Shown here in pieces: positions 18,801-27,768 of a DNA stretch of 64,000 nucleotides. This DNA is from Kofleriaceae bacterium. Lineage in GTDB: Bacteria > Myxococcota_A > Polyangia > Haliangiales > Haliangiaceae. The stretch is taken from assembly GCA_043780895.1 (NCBI GenBank), contig JAYWCI010000134.1:3875-67874 (forward strand), written 5' to 3'. A program made the translations under genes and the position numbers. Numbering within the stretch: position 1 is the stretch's first letter; each line of letters starts with the position of its first letter. The notes under the pieces are model-generated. The model did not search any database. It saw nothing but the letters and a program-made list of their open reading frames with translations, and had not been told where the DNA came from.

Positions 18801-19886
18801 CTCGTCGCGACGCTCAAGGACAGCGCGCAAAAGGACCTCGTCCGCGCCGCGTGCGCGTACGCGATCGGCGCGCGCAAGTACGAGCCCGGTAGTGCTGCCC
18901 TGCTCGCGTCGCTCGACGACAATCGCGGCGAGACCCAGCGCCTCGCCGCATGGTCGCTCGGTCAGCTCGCCGAGCCCAGAGCGCTCGGCGCCTTGGTTCA
19001 CGCGTACTTCGCGCGCGCCGGCCAGGATGCTGACGAGCTCGTCTGGGCGATCGCGCGTACGAGTGGCCCGGCGGGTTCGTTGGCGCCTGCGCCCCTCGCA
19101 GACCTCGGCAACTACCCGATGCACAGCGGCAAGTTCTATCCGGAGGATGCCGTCGGCGATCTGCCCGGCACGATGCCGCACGTCCCCGCGGCCGGAAAGC
19201 TCGTCGCAGACCACGCCGCCGATATCGCGGCCGGCCTGACCGAGGCGCTCGCCGAGCATCGCGATGTCGTCGTGTCTGTCCTCACCGATCTCGACTCGGG
19301 CGGGGCCGATCACATCGCGCTCGGCGCGCTGACGCCGAACGGTACGTTCGATCCCAAGACCACTGCCGCGTTCGAGGCGATCGCGAAGGCGATCGAGCCA
19401 GGCGTTGCCGCGCACCTTGGCGATGACGACCCCAAGGTCCGCGCGCTCGCCATCTCGGTGACCGCGAAGCTCGATGGCAAGGCCAAGCCTGCCGATGCGG
19501 TGGTCGCCAAGGGGCTCGGCGATACTGCCGAGCAGGTTCGCGCCGCCGCGATGATGGCGGTCGGGACCATCGCCCATCGTCGGGGGGCCGCCCCCACCGA
19601 CCTGGTGGCCGCCTTGGTCAAGACGCTGGCGTCCCCGGCCTGGGGGGACCGCCGCGTCGCCGCGCTCGCGATCGGTGCCCTCGGCACCCTCGCGACCCCC
19701 GTCGACGTCGGGGCACTCGCCAAGGCTGCAGGCGATTCATCGAGCTTCGTTCGCGAGGCTGTGGCGATCGCGCTCGGTCGAGTGGGTGGGACCAAAGCGG
19801 CCGACTCCCTGAACGCGCTGGCCAGGGACGAAGTTCCGCAGGTCCGTGACGCCGCCGCCCACTCGCTCGGACAGATCCACAACTAG
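15840..19886 (+). CDS. Exported 1348-aa TPR plus HEAT-repeat protein
   Basis: GTG 15840 gives the signal peptide RRLPFLLACVLALGTPLVAGA-QP. About 900 aa of TPR-like repeats are followed by about 450 aa with HEAT/PBS-lyase-like periodicity (D..VR..AA.ALG). Confidence 0.8.
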   Translation: MRRLPFLLACVLALGTPLVAGAQPADWGATRDQFDKNVIARYKAILAKSPHDASALAKLLEMYRRYRTVDLLKEEYQKQIDKSATDWSALVVLGRLMHTTGDDQRAADLWQKAAAVKDDDTETWLGLGELAKGAGHNPDARAAYDKALAHATAKETKKKALRALADLALATGDNDGANAYFKQFLDLDPTNAQLWIERGDAMLAAGKRDVALESYTAAEKLLGSDPARHVEVIARRGQALEGIGKDDEAVIEYRRAIKLAPKGYYLEVELTGRIIDIYRRKQALPALLALYEKEWPEGARGHFEWNTLGKLYEETGAQDKAIAALKRAVAKSAFELETQRRLITLLENSGRDDEALAQYEAVVRAAPGEARFQLELAERYWRRGQEKKALETLTRLEGRFPSDPGTLGAIADLYTRFGKDDLAIVEYERLAKLEPEDMSHLVTLGEQYYQKGDKPKAMATWARIIATKKPVAYAKLGEVLAEHGAAYQTEAQKNYDKAIELDPKNPDFYKGRAGLFEAMKGSASFAKALADWDTVLRLLGTKSTDRLARRDARRHIVTVMLKAGMGNVENERTKRWKSDFAKAAPASQDTLDAGYFLVEYFNRPGHAQDREPRATLEKLVALVPDDQDTTLDLVKAYRNARKYDEAVALLLSLAKAVPSREREVYKQISEIKTDARKDDEAIEWQQKALAKSPNDPSAYEGLGERYVEMQRLPEAIAAYEKTVQLDPRNSKASFALAQLYVQTGAPRKATELLRNVLRNDTNEDVLARAGEQAIDLEEMTDTLGELEKVLSPLSFMMAHKPVYRRVLVRLYLRYVPRLVERIHHGSDEIKKSARAELDRVGAHGLRPLLEALRDEKDVNQQRIAVQVLGHLGNKGAAPPLVHMARQEPTKDQRRIGTLAETLDREVRVDALVAAGRLGDPGVIDDVMPLMDHQERSMREAATFTLGRSGDRRAVAPLLKALTDRLDSVRVLACLGLAQIDDPRVGPALVATLKDSAQKDLVRAACAYAIGARKYEPGSAALLASLDDNRGETQRLAAWSLGQLAEPRALGALVHAYFARAGQDADELVWAIARTSGPAGSLAPAPLADLGNYPMHSGKFYPEDAVGDLPGTMPHVPAAGKLVADHAADIAAGLTEALAEHRDVVVSVLTDLDSGGADHIALGALTPNGTFDPKTTAAFEAIAKAIEPGVAAHLGDDDPKVRALAISVTAKLDGKAKPADAVVAKGLGDTAEQVRAAAMMAVGTIAHRRGAAPTDLVAALVKTLASPAWGDRRVAALAIGALGTLATPVDVGALAKAAGDSSSFVREAVAIALGRVGGTKAADSLNALARDEVPQVRDAAAHSLGQIHN

Positions 19887-19907
19887 CCGATCTAGAGGTC
19901 CCGTTCT

Positions 19908-19937
19908 TTGACGCACCATTTCGCAAGGGGCTACAAT
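19908..19937 (+). promoter_or_regulatory. Sigma-70-like promoter giving a leaderless or near-leaderless transcript
   Basis: TTGACG (19908-19913), an 18-nt spacer, then TACAAT (19932-19937). The ATG of the next gene is at 19946, only 8 nt after the -10 box, and there is no Shine-Dalgarno sequence. Confidence 0.35.
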
Positions 19938-19945
19938 CCTTGTGA

Positions 19946-20980
19946 ATGGACGTAGGTCTGGTCTGCGACGCGTGCAGCGCGTTGACTCCCATTGGAGTGC
20001 CGCAATGTGCGCGCTGCGGCCAGCCCGTTGCACTCGATCCGCGTGCGAAGCGCGGCACGATCCAGCCGCCCGAGCCAGGCAGCAACGGCACAGCGACCGC
20101 TCCCGCCGTCACGAACGCGGGCACGGCGACCGTTACGAGCTGCAACAAGTGCAACTCGGTGATTCCGCCGAACTTCAAGTTCTGCCCGTCGTGCGGCAAC
20201 AAGGTCACGTCGCAGATCGCAGCGACCGCAGCCGGATTTCCATCGAACTTCGACGTGCAAACTCGCGTCGGCCCGCGTCAGCCGGATCCCGCTGCGCAGA
20301 AGGTCGGGCGCAGCACGATGTTCTTCGGCGGCGCCGTGCAGGCGGCCCGCGCGAAGCTCACGCTGATCCGCGGCGACGGCGAAGATGGCGTCTCGTTCTC
20401 CCTCGCAGGCACCGATCATCTCGCCGGTCGAGGCGAGTGCCCGATCTCGTTCCCCGACGACACGTTCCTTTCGCCGACCCACGCGAACTTCCGCTACTCG
20501 AACAACCAGCTGATCGTTCGCGACGAAGGCTCGTTGAATGGCGTGTTCGTGCGCATCGCCGGCTCGGCCACGATCGCGCCGCAGAGCACGATCCTCGTGG
20601 GCGAACAGGTGCTGACCGTCCAGCCCGCGCGCGTCGCGGATGATGTTCCCGATGGCGAAGGCACCTACTACTCAGCGAGCATGATCCGCAACGCGACGAT
20701 CGAGATCGCGCAGCAGCTCCGCGGCGGCACGCCCGGTTGGGTGTTCCGCGTCGATACCGACGTCGTCTCGATCGGTCGCGAATCCAACGACATCAATTTC
20801 CCGGATGACCCGTTCATCTCGGGTCGTCACGCCCAGATCCAGCTCGTGCAGGGCGTGCTATCGGTTACCGACCTGGGATCGCGGAACGGAACGTTCGTCC
20901 GCGTCAACAACGAGATCGTGCTCGCGCACGGTGACTACGTGTTCCTGGGTCAGCAGCTACTGCGTGTTGAAATCGTCTGA
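19946..20980 (+). CDS. Double zinc-ribbon, double FHA-domain protein
   Basis: Zinc ribbons CDAC..CARCG and CNKC..CPSCG, then two FHA domains (..SPTHANF..SLNGVFV and ..SGRHAQI..SRNGTFV). Confidence 0.85.
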   Translation: MDVGLVCDACSALTPIGVPQCARCGQPVALDPRAKRGTIQPPEPGSNGTATAPAVTNAGTATVTSCNKCNSVIPPNFKFCPSCGNKVTSQIAATAAGFPSNFDVQTRVGPRQPDPAAQKVGRSTMFFGGAVQAARAKLTLIRGDGEDGVSFSLAGTDHLAGRGECPISFPDDTFLSPTHANFRYSNNQLIVRDEGSLNGVFVRIAGSATIAPQSTILVGEQVLTVQPARVADDVPDGEGTYYSASMIRNATIEIAQQLRGGTPGWVFRVDTDVVSIGRESNDINFPDDPFISGRHAQIQLVQGVLSVTDLGSRNGTFVRVNNEIVLAHGDYVFLGQQLLRVEIV

Positions 20981-20990
20981 GGGAGCCACC

Positions 20991-22157
20991 ATGACCGTCT
21001 GCAATCGTTGCGGCAAAGAGAATCAGGACCACTACAAGTTCTGCCTCGGGTGCGGAGCCGAGCTCACGGCACCCAAGGCCGGTGGTGGAGACGTCGCGAT
21101 GATGAAGACGATGATGGCCGATCCATCACAGGCTCCTGCGCCGAGCGCGCCGGTGCGTGGCTCGTCGCAACAGATGCCGCAATCGAACCTGAACCGGGGC
21201 ATGCCGGGCATGCCGCCGTCGGGTCCGCTCGGTACGAACCCGAACCAGGGTGGCCCCGCGATGCCGCAGCCGATGGGTCCACCGCCCGGCGTGCCCGGCT
21301 TCTCGCCTGGCTTCGCACCTCCGCAGCAACAAGCCCCTGCCCCGCAGGCAGCGGCTGTCGGCGGCGCTGCGGCCGGCATGCGCCGCTGCCCGTCGTGCGG
21401 TAGCGATGTTCCGCCGTCGTTCCGGTTCTGCGGAACGTGCGGCTTCCGCATGGACGAAGGCTCGGCGCCGATGGCGATGCCGCAGCCGCCGCAACCGGTG
21501 CAAGCACCGCAAGCCGCGCCGCAACGCGCGCGTCTGTCGATGACGCTGATCCGCCCGGATGGGTCCGAAGGCGGCACCCACGATCTGCGCCCCGGCGAGA
21601 ATAAACTCGGCCGCAGCTTCGGCCCGGTGTTCGAGAACGATGGCTACCTCTCGCCCATCCACGCGCTGCTCGATATTCGCGGGCCCGGATCGCTGGTACG
21701 CGACCTCGATAGCCTCAACGGCGTGTTCGTGAAGATGACCGGCGAAGAAGAGCTGCAGTCAGGCCAGATCATCCGGATCGGCCAGGAGCTACTCCGCTTC
21801 GAGGTGATTCCGACGCCCGAGCCGACCGCCGATGGCACCGAGCTCATGGGCAGCCCGAACCCGGGCTACTGGGGCAAGCTCACGGTCATCATCGGCCGCG
21901 AGGTCACCGGTGCGGTGTTTCCGCTCCTCGGTGAGAGCGTCACGCTCGGTCGCGAGCGCGGCGAGATCAACTTCCCCGACGACGGCTACGTCTCGGGTCT
22001 CCACGCGCGCGTCACGCTGCGCGATGGTCGCGTGTTCCTCGGGGACCTCGGTAGCTCGAACGGTACGTTCGTGAAGGTCAACGGCGAGCGCGGCGTCGGC
22101 CACGAGTCGTTCGTGCTGCTCGGCCAGCAGCTGTTCCGCCTGAACTTTAATGGCTAG
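20991..22157 (+). CDS. Double zinc-ribbon, double FHA-domain protein (paralogue of the preceding gene)
   Basis: GGGAG lies 6 nt upstream of ATG 20991. Zinc ribbons CNRC..CLGCG and CPSC..CGTCG, a Pro/Gln-rich linker, and two FHA domains (..SPIHAL..SLNGVFV and ..SGLHARV..SSNGTFV). Confidence 0.85.
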   Translation: MTVCNRCGKENQDHYKFCLGCGAELTAPKAGGGDVAMMKTMMADPSQAPAPSAPVRGSSQQMPQSNLNRGMPGMPPSGPLGTNPNQGGPAMPQPMGPPPGVPGFSPGFAPPQQQAPAPQAAAVGGAAAGMRRCPSCGSDVPPSFRFCGTCGFRMDEGSAPMAMPQPPQPVQAPQAAPQRARLSMTLIRPDGSEGGTHDLRPGENKLGRSFGPVFENDGYLSPIHALLDIRGPGSLVRDLDSLNGVFVKMTGEEELQSGQIIRIGQELLRFEVIPTPEPTADGTELMGSPNPGYWGKLTVIIGREVTGAVFPLLGESVTLGRERGEINFPDDGYVSGLHARVTLRDGRVFLGDLGSSNGTFVKVNGERGVGHESFVLLGQQLFRLNFNG

Positions 22158-22180
22158 AGCGCCAACGGTTTGTCGGCCGC

Positions 22181-22576
22181 TTACTTCGTCTTCGTTGTGT
22201 TCAGGTCGTTGACCGAGGGCGCATTGCTCGACTTGTCGACGAACGTGAAGCCCTTCGGGATCTTGATCTCGCCACCAGGCTCGAACGTCACGATCAGGTC
22301 GACCGTCTCGTTTGCCTTGCCGCCCGGCGCGACGACGATCATCTCGCTGTCGCTCGCGAAGCGCTCGACCGTGCCCTGGCGCGAGCCAAAGTAGATCTTC
22401 GCGTTCCGCGCGCCATCCGCGGTGAAGCGGTTGCCACGGATGCGCACGAACGTGCCACCTTCCGCGTCGCCCTTGTCGGGCTCGACGCCCGTGACCTTGA
22501 GCTTGGTGTCGCTCGAACCGCACGCCGCGGCCAGAGCCACAATCAGCGCAAACACAGACAGGAACGGCCTCGCCAT
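22181..22576 (-). CDS. Lipoprotein with IPT/TIG-like domain
   Basis: Lipobox LAAAC, followed by KVTGVEPDKGDAEGGTFVRIRGNRF...VVAPGG, typical of the Ig-like IPT/TIG fold. It starts 13 nt after the sigma-factor stop. Confidence 0.7.
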   Translation of the reverse strand: MARPFLSVFALIVALAAACGSSDTKLKVTGVEPDKGDAEGGTFVRIRGNRFTADGARNAKIYFGSRQGTVERFASDSEMIVVAPGGKANETVDLIVTFEPGGEIKIPKGFTFVDKSSNAPSVNDLNTTKTK

Positions 22577-22589
22577 AGCCGGGAACCTA

Positions 22590-23960
22590 CTACATCAAGT
22601 CTCGGCGTGCCAAGGCGCGTCTCATCTTGCCCAGGGCCTGCTCCTGGAGCTGCCGGATACGCTCGCGCGATAGGTTGTACTTGTCGCCGATTTCCTTGAG
22701 GGTCAGCTCTTGCTCGGTCCCGAGGCCGAAACGCTGGCGCAGGATATCGGCCTCGATCGGACGGAGCTCGCCGAGCAGGTCGCGGACCTCGGTGGTGAGC
22801 GCCTCCCACTCGAGGTCACCGGTTGGCGAGATGTCCTCGCGATCGGGGTCCTCGAGCACCTCGCCGAGCGTGCGGCCCTCATCGTCGCCGATCGGCTTGT
22901 CGATCGAGATCGAGTGCTCGAGCAGCCACGTCCGCATCTTCTCGACCTTGTCGAGTGGCATGCTCGTGGCCTTCGAGAGCTCCTCGGAGGTCGGGTTACG
23001 GCCGAGCTCGCCAGTGAGCTGGCGGCGCGCCTTCGTGATCTTGTGCTGCGCGTCGATCATGTGGACGGGTAGCCGAACCTCACGGCCCTTGTCCGCGAGC
23101 GCGCGGCTGATCGCATGGCGGATCCACCACGACGCGTAGGTCGAGAACCGGAAGCCGCGCTTGTAGTCGTAGCGCTCGACCGCCTTCAGGAGGCCGAGGT
23201 TGCCCTCCTGGATCAGATCCGCGAGGGCCATCCGGCCATGGTTGAAGCGGCGGGCGATCGAGACCACGAGGCGAAGGTTCGCCTTCACGAACTCGTTGCG
23301 CGCGTCCATCGTCGCGCGGTTCGCGCTGTGGACGCGGCGCAGCCACTCGGATGCCTGGCGCGCCTTGCCGAGCGAGCCGACGTCGTCACCACGGACACCG
23401 ATGCCGAGCTCCATACGATCGATCGTGCACAGCACGGCATCGATGAACAGATGGTCGGTGTCGGTCGAGCGCAGCTTGCGCGCGGCTCTTGCCGAAGCAC
23501 GCGCGAAGCTCTTTTGATCTTTTTGATCTTTTTGATCTTTTTGATCCGCGAGCCGCGCCGCGGTTTTGACTTCGATCGGGTGGGTGTAGTTCGGCACCGT
23601 CGCGAGTGCATCGATCACTCGCTCGATCACCGGCGGGTGCGAGAGCACCGCTTCCCATAGCTGGATCTCGAGCGCCTCGATCTCGCGCGCCGATGTGAAC
23701 TCCTCTTCTGGACGCAGGACGTCGAGCACGGCCATGTCGCGGAAGTACATCGAGAGGTACGTGCCCCCATCGGCGCGTTGCGGTTTGGCTTCGACCTCGG
23801 CGTCGTCGCTCACCATCGCCTCGCTCTCGATACCCTCCTCTTCTTGCCGTTTCTCGACCTTCTCTTTCTTGGGTCGCTTCGCGGTGACGCGTGCGACGCG
23901 ACCTTTGCGATCGGACGTGGACTCGAGCGAAAGCGGCGCAATCTTGGCTGCTAGCGGCAT
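22590..23960 (-). CDS. RpoD-family (group 1/2-like) sigma-70 factor
   Basis: Region 2 [22 protein letters not shown], region 3 VRLPVHMID, region 4 [14 protein letters not shown]. 456 aa. Confidence 0.9.
   Translation of the reverse strand: MPLAAKIAPLSLESTSDRKGRVARVTAKRPKKEKVEKRQEEEGIESEAMVSDDAEVEAKPQRADGGTYLSMYFRDMAVLDVLRPEEEFTSAREIEALEIQLWEAVLSHPPVIERVIDALATVPNYTHPIEVKTAARLADQKDQKDQKDQKSFARASARAARKLRSTDTDHLFIDAVLCTIDRMELGIGVRGDDVGSLGKARQASEWLRRVHSANRATMDARNEFVKANLRLVVSIARRFNHGRMALADLIQEGNLGLLKAVERYDYKRGFRFSTYASWWIRHAISRALADKGREVRLPVHMIDAQHKITKARRQLTGELGRNPTSEELSKATSMPLDKVEKMRTWLLEHSISIDKPIGDDEGRTLGEVLEDPDREDISPTGDLEWEALTTEVRDLLGELRPIEADILRQRFGLGTEQELTLKEIGDKYNLSRERIRQLQEQALGKMRRALARRDLM
23511..23546 (-). 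repeat. 9-bp x4 tandem repeat (TTTTTGATC) encoding (KDQ)4 inside the sigma-factor gene
   Basis: cttttgatc tttttgatc tttttgatc tttttgatc. It is in frame and uses the AT-rich codons GAT CAA AAA in a genome with about 90% GC3. Confidence 0.9.
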
Positions 23961-24113
23961 CTATTCTCCCGGGGATGTAGACGCTCGATGCGCCCAAATG
24001 TTTTGGACGGAACGAGCGCCACAACTGGCACGAAAAAGAGACACGCCACAGCCCGCAGTTTATTCCATTGCCCTTTTGGCACGGCTACTTACGGCCCAGA
24101 GGCACGAAGTCGC

Positions 24114-26141
24114 CTATGGAGTCTCTTTGCGCTCAGCGAGGACAATGATGTGACGCGACTGGTTGCCGAAGAATCGCCCCCGCGTCTGGTAGCCGCCCGA
24201 GACCTCCAGCACGCGGAACCCTGCAGAATGCATGAGCTTACCTACCTCGTGCAGCGAATAGGCCCGGACCGAGATCTCCTGCTCCAGCTGGCGTCCATCG
24301 TCGAACACGACAGAGCGGTTCACCTGGATGCGCGAGGAGAAGTAGTTGAGCTCGACTTCCTCGAGCACGACGCAGCCGTCTCCCTCCCACCAGACGCGCG
24401 TCGGGAGGTCCGCGATGACGTAGTCGCGGTTGAGAATTTCGATGAGCAGCTTGCCGCCCGGCTTGAGCGCACGGCCGATGTTTTGCAGCGTCTTCTTGTT
24501 CGTCTCGTCGTCGAAGTAGCCGAACGTCGAGAACAGCGAGTACGCCGCGTCGAATTGGTTCTCGAAGTCGAGCTCGCGCATGTCGCCGCGAATGAAGTTG
24601 ATCGTGAGGCCGCGACGATGCGCTTCTTCACCACCACGGACGAGCAAGGGCGTCGATAGATCGAGCCCGACGACGTGGAGGCCCCGCGCGGCCAGCTCCA
24701 TCGCGTGCCGACCGTAGCCACACCCGATGTCGAGCACCTGCGCGCCTTGCGCGAGCTGCATCGCCTCCATCACGAACTCGGCCTCGGCCTGGGTCGCTTG
24801 CGGCGTGAGGAACGGCAGCGTGCGGAGGTAATCCTCGTCGAACAGATCGACGAACCACGGCTTGCCCTTTGGCGTCTTGTCCTTGGCGGCCGACTTCTCC
24901 TTGGACTTGTCGGCCGCCTTGGCCGGCGGCGCTGGCGGTGCCTTCGCCGGCGTTGGCGGCGTCGGCGGCGGCGGCGGCGGCGGCGCATGACCGTCGACGA
25001 TCTTCGGCTTGGTGTTCTCGGCCTGAGGCGCGATCGGCGCGGTCTGCGCGCGCGGTGGCGGCGGCGACGGGCGCGGCGCGACGACGGGCGGTTCGTCGAC
25101 GGCGACGGCGATCTCGTACTCCGCCGAATCGGCGCGCTCGAGCTCGTTGATATCGATCTCGGGAACCGACATCGGCTCGGCCGCCGCGGTCGAGACCGTC
25201 TTGGTTCGCGCTTCGATCGGTGGTTCGTCTTTGACCGCGAGGACCGGCGGCTGGACCACCGGGACCGGCTGCGACTCCGAGGCCACGACCTCGATATCGA
25301 TCGCCTGGAGCTGCTGCGTCATGTTCGCGTCGACCGCGACGGCGACGGGCACCGGTGGATTCGTCGGCTTGGTGACCGTGCGCGGCGAGCCGAGCGGCGG
25401 TGGCTGGGTGACCGGCTTGGGATGGAGACCGATCGGGCTCTCTGCGCGCCCTGCCCTGACCTCTTCGAGATCGTCCTCGGAGAGTGCGACGGTCTGCAGG
25501 CGCTCGCGCGTCGTCTTTGCTGCTCGAGCAGGCGCGGCGTAGCGCGCATACGCGCTCTCGTCGGAGCGATCCGCACGCGCCTTGCGATCGTCCGTTGCGG
25601 GATCGGTCGCGTGATCGTCGATGATCACGCTCGGCATTGCCGTGTGCTCCGAAGTTTCGAGCGAATCGTCTCCGGTATCGACGCTGATCTCGACGTCGTT
25701 CTCCGAGCTCGGGCGCTCCGGCGGCGGCATCGAGATGCCGGGCGAAGACATGCGCTCCATGCGCATCGTCGAGCCGGCGTTCTCCGAGAGCCCGAGGGCT
25801 TCGAGATCGACCGCGCTCATCTCGCGGGTCTGCGTTTCGAAATCGACGACGACGCTATCGTTGATCGCCGTCGAGCCCGCGGGCGGATCGATCACGGTTG
25901 GCGCAGCCTCGGGAGCGATCGGGCCCGATTCGTAATCCTCGTCGACAGGATGCGGGACCGGGCCCGAGGCGTCGTTCGAGAAGCTGTACGCGATCGACAT
26001 CGCGAGCGCCGGATCTTCGGGGCGAGGCGCCGGCGGTGCGGTCGGCGCACGCGTGCGCGGCACGTTGTCGCTCGGCACCCGCAGGCTGCCACCGCGACGG
26101 CGACGACGGCGGCGTTCCGCGGTCGTCATTCCGACTTCCAT
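24114..26141 (-). CDS. Class I SAM-dependent methyltransferase with a ~420-aa Pro-rich disordered N-terminal region
   Basis: The C-terminal ~250 aa carry motif I VLDIGCGYGRH. The upstream part is low complexity, rich in P/A/D/E. Start taken at ATG 26141 (MEVGMTTAERRRRRRR). Confidence 0.7.
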   Translation of the reverse strand: MEVGMTTAERRRRRRRGGSLRVPSDNVPRTRAPTAPPAPRPEDPALAMSIAYSFSNDASGPVPHPVDEDYESGPIAPEAAPTVIDPPAGSTAINDSVVVDFETQTREMSAVDLEALGLSENAGSTMRMERMSSPGISMPPPERPSSENDVEISVDTGDDSLETSEHTAMPSVIIDDHATDPATDDRKARADRSDESAYARYAAPARAAKTTRERLQTVALSEDDLEEVRAGRAESPIGLHPKPVTQPPPLGSPRTVTKPTNPPVPVAVAVDANMTQQLQAIDIEVVASESQPVPVVQPPVLAVKDEPPIEARTKTVSTAAAEPMSVPEIDINELERADSAEYEIAVAVDEPPVVAPRPSPPPPRAQTAPIAPQAENTKPKIVDGHAPPPPPPPTPPTPAKAPPAPPAKAADKSKEKSAAKDKTPKGKPWFVDLFDEDYLRTLPFLTPQATQAEAEFVMEAMQLAQGAQVLDIGCGYGRHAMELAARGLHVVGLDLSTPLLVRGGEEAHRRGLTINFIRGDMRELDFENQFDAAYSLFSTFGYFDDETNKKTLQNIGRALKPGGKLLIEILNRDYVIADLPTRVWWEGDGCVVLEEVELNYFSSRIQVNRSVVFDDGRQLEQEISVRAYSLHEVGKLMHSAGFRVLEVSGGYQTRGRFFGNQSRHIIVLAERKETP

Positions 26142-26170
26142 GTCGGCCTGAGAATCCTCGTCGCGTTTGC

Positions 26171-27085
26171 TCACGAGATTTCTCCCAGCCGCTCGCCGAA
26201 GCGCACGGTTTGACCAACTTCCGCCACACCGGAGGTGAGCTCGACGACGCCGGGCTCGAAGCACATCACGACCGTGGACCCCAACCGGAACGCGCCGAGC
26301 TCGTCGCCCCGCTTCACGGTCGTATCGAGCGCGATCCGGCGGAGCTCGCCGGCGTGACGCCACACCACCGAGTCTTCGGCGTGCGCGAGCCGCATGTTGC
26401 CGACGCCGACGGCCGCGACCATCACCACCGCGACCATGCCGAGGCGTGGCGCTTCGAGCCAGATCACGACGCGCTCGTTGCGCGCGAGCAAGTTCGCGCG
26501 GCGCGCGGTGACCTTCGTGTTGACCGGCCACAGGTCGCCGGGGACGTAATCGTACGCGACGAGGCGCGCGTCGACCGGCGCGTGGACGCGATGGTAGTCG
26601 CGCGGCGACAGGTAGATCGTCGTGTACGGGCCATCGACGAGCCGCTCCGCCATCACGGGATCCACGACGAGATCCTCGAGCCGATAATTCAAGCCCTTGG
26701 CCTGGATCAGCTCGCCGCCGGTGGCCTTGCCACGTGCTGCCACAACGCCGTCGCACGGCGAGATCACAACGGATTCGTTGGGATCGATCGGGCGCGCTCC
26801 CGGTCGCAGCTTGCGCGCGAAGAAGTCGCCGAACGTGTCGTACGCGGCGAGATCGAGCTCGGTCTCCCCGAGGTTCGCGCCTACGGCCCTCGCGAACGCG
26901 CGATACGCGGGCGAGCGCAGCACGCGCGGAACGCGTGCGCGCGCCCCGAGGCCAACCAGCTGCGACCAAGCCGAGAACGGCGCGACCGGACCGGACGGCG
27001 CGATGCGCGCGCCCGGGTGAACAGGTTGACCAGGTTGACCCGGCTGGCCCGACTGGAACGATGGTCCTGGCTTACGGAATTCCAC
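26171..27085 (-). CDS. psd: Phosphatidylserine decarboxylase proenzyme
   Basis: YHRVH and GDLWPVN motifs and the autocleavage motif FRLGSTV. The N-terminus carries a GQPGQPGQP repeat, so the start is uncertain. Confidence 0.9.
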   Translation of the reverse strand: MEFRKPGPSFQSGQPGQPGQPVHPGARIAPSGPVAPFSAWSQLVGLGARARVPRVLRSPAYRAFARAVGANLGETELDLAAYDTFGDFFARKLRPGARPIDPNESVVISPCDGVVAARGKATGGELIQAKGLNYRLEDLVVDPVMAERLVDGPYTTIYLSPRDYHRVHAPVDARLVAYDYVPGDLWPVNTKVTARRANLLARNERVVIWLEAPRLGMVAVVMVAAVGVGNMRLAHAEDSVVWRHAGELRRIALDTTVKRGDELGAFRLGSTVVMCFEPGVVELTSGVAEVGQTVRFGERLGEIS

Positions 27086-27202
27086 GCGGGTGACTCGGCG
27101 GTGTGAAGGCGCTCGCAGAGCTCGCCTTCTGCCCCTGTCTCTACGATTCTGCCAGGGGTGCCGCCGAGTTACAAGTTGGCTGGCGTGGACCTCGCGGTCT
27201 GG

Positions 27203-27363
27203 TCAGCCGCCGCAATACAGCTGGAATTCCGACCGAACCGGGCGCACTCGCACGCGATCCGCCTCGATCTCGCCTCGATCTCGCTCTTGTCGGCGAGCCA
27301 CCCGTCGATGAGATTGTTCGAGAACACATCTCCCTTCATCAGGGTCGCGTCGCTATCGTGAGC
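27203..27363 (-). pseudogene. glnA: 3'-terminal relic of glutamine synthetase type I (glnA)
   Basis: Directly after the glnB stop the minus strand reads AHDSDATLMKGDVFSNNLIDGWLADKSEIEA. After removing one copy of an 11-bp duplication it continues DRVRVRPVRSEFQLYCGG-stop. This matches the GlnA C-terminus (GGVFTDEAIDAYI...DRVRMTPHPVEFELYYSV). About 420 N-terminal codons are missing. Confidence 0.6.
27261..27282. repeat. 11-bp perfect tandem duplication (GCCTCGATCTC x2) inside the glnA relic
   Basis: Read directly from the sequence. It shifts the frame of the relic. Confidence 0.9.

Positions 27364-27768
<405 letters not shown>

Noticed and set aside
26142-26969. Upstream extension of the 951-aa ORF 24114..26969.
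   Set aside because: It overlaps the well-supported psd gene in another frame and translates to Arg-rich low-information sequence. ATG 26141, 30 nt after the psd stop, is a better start.
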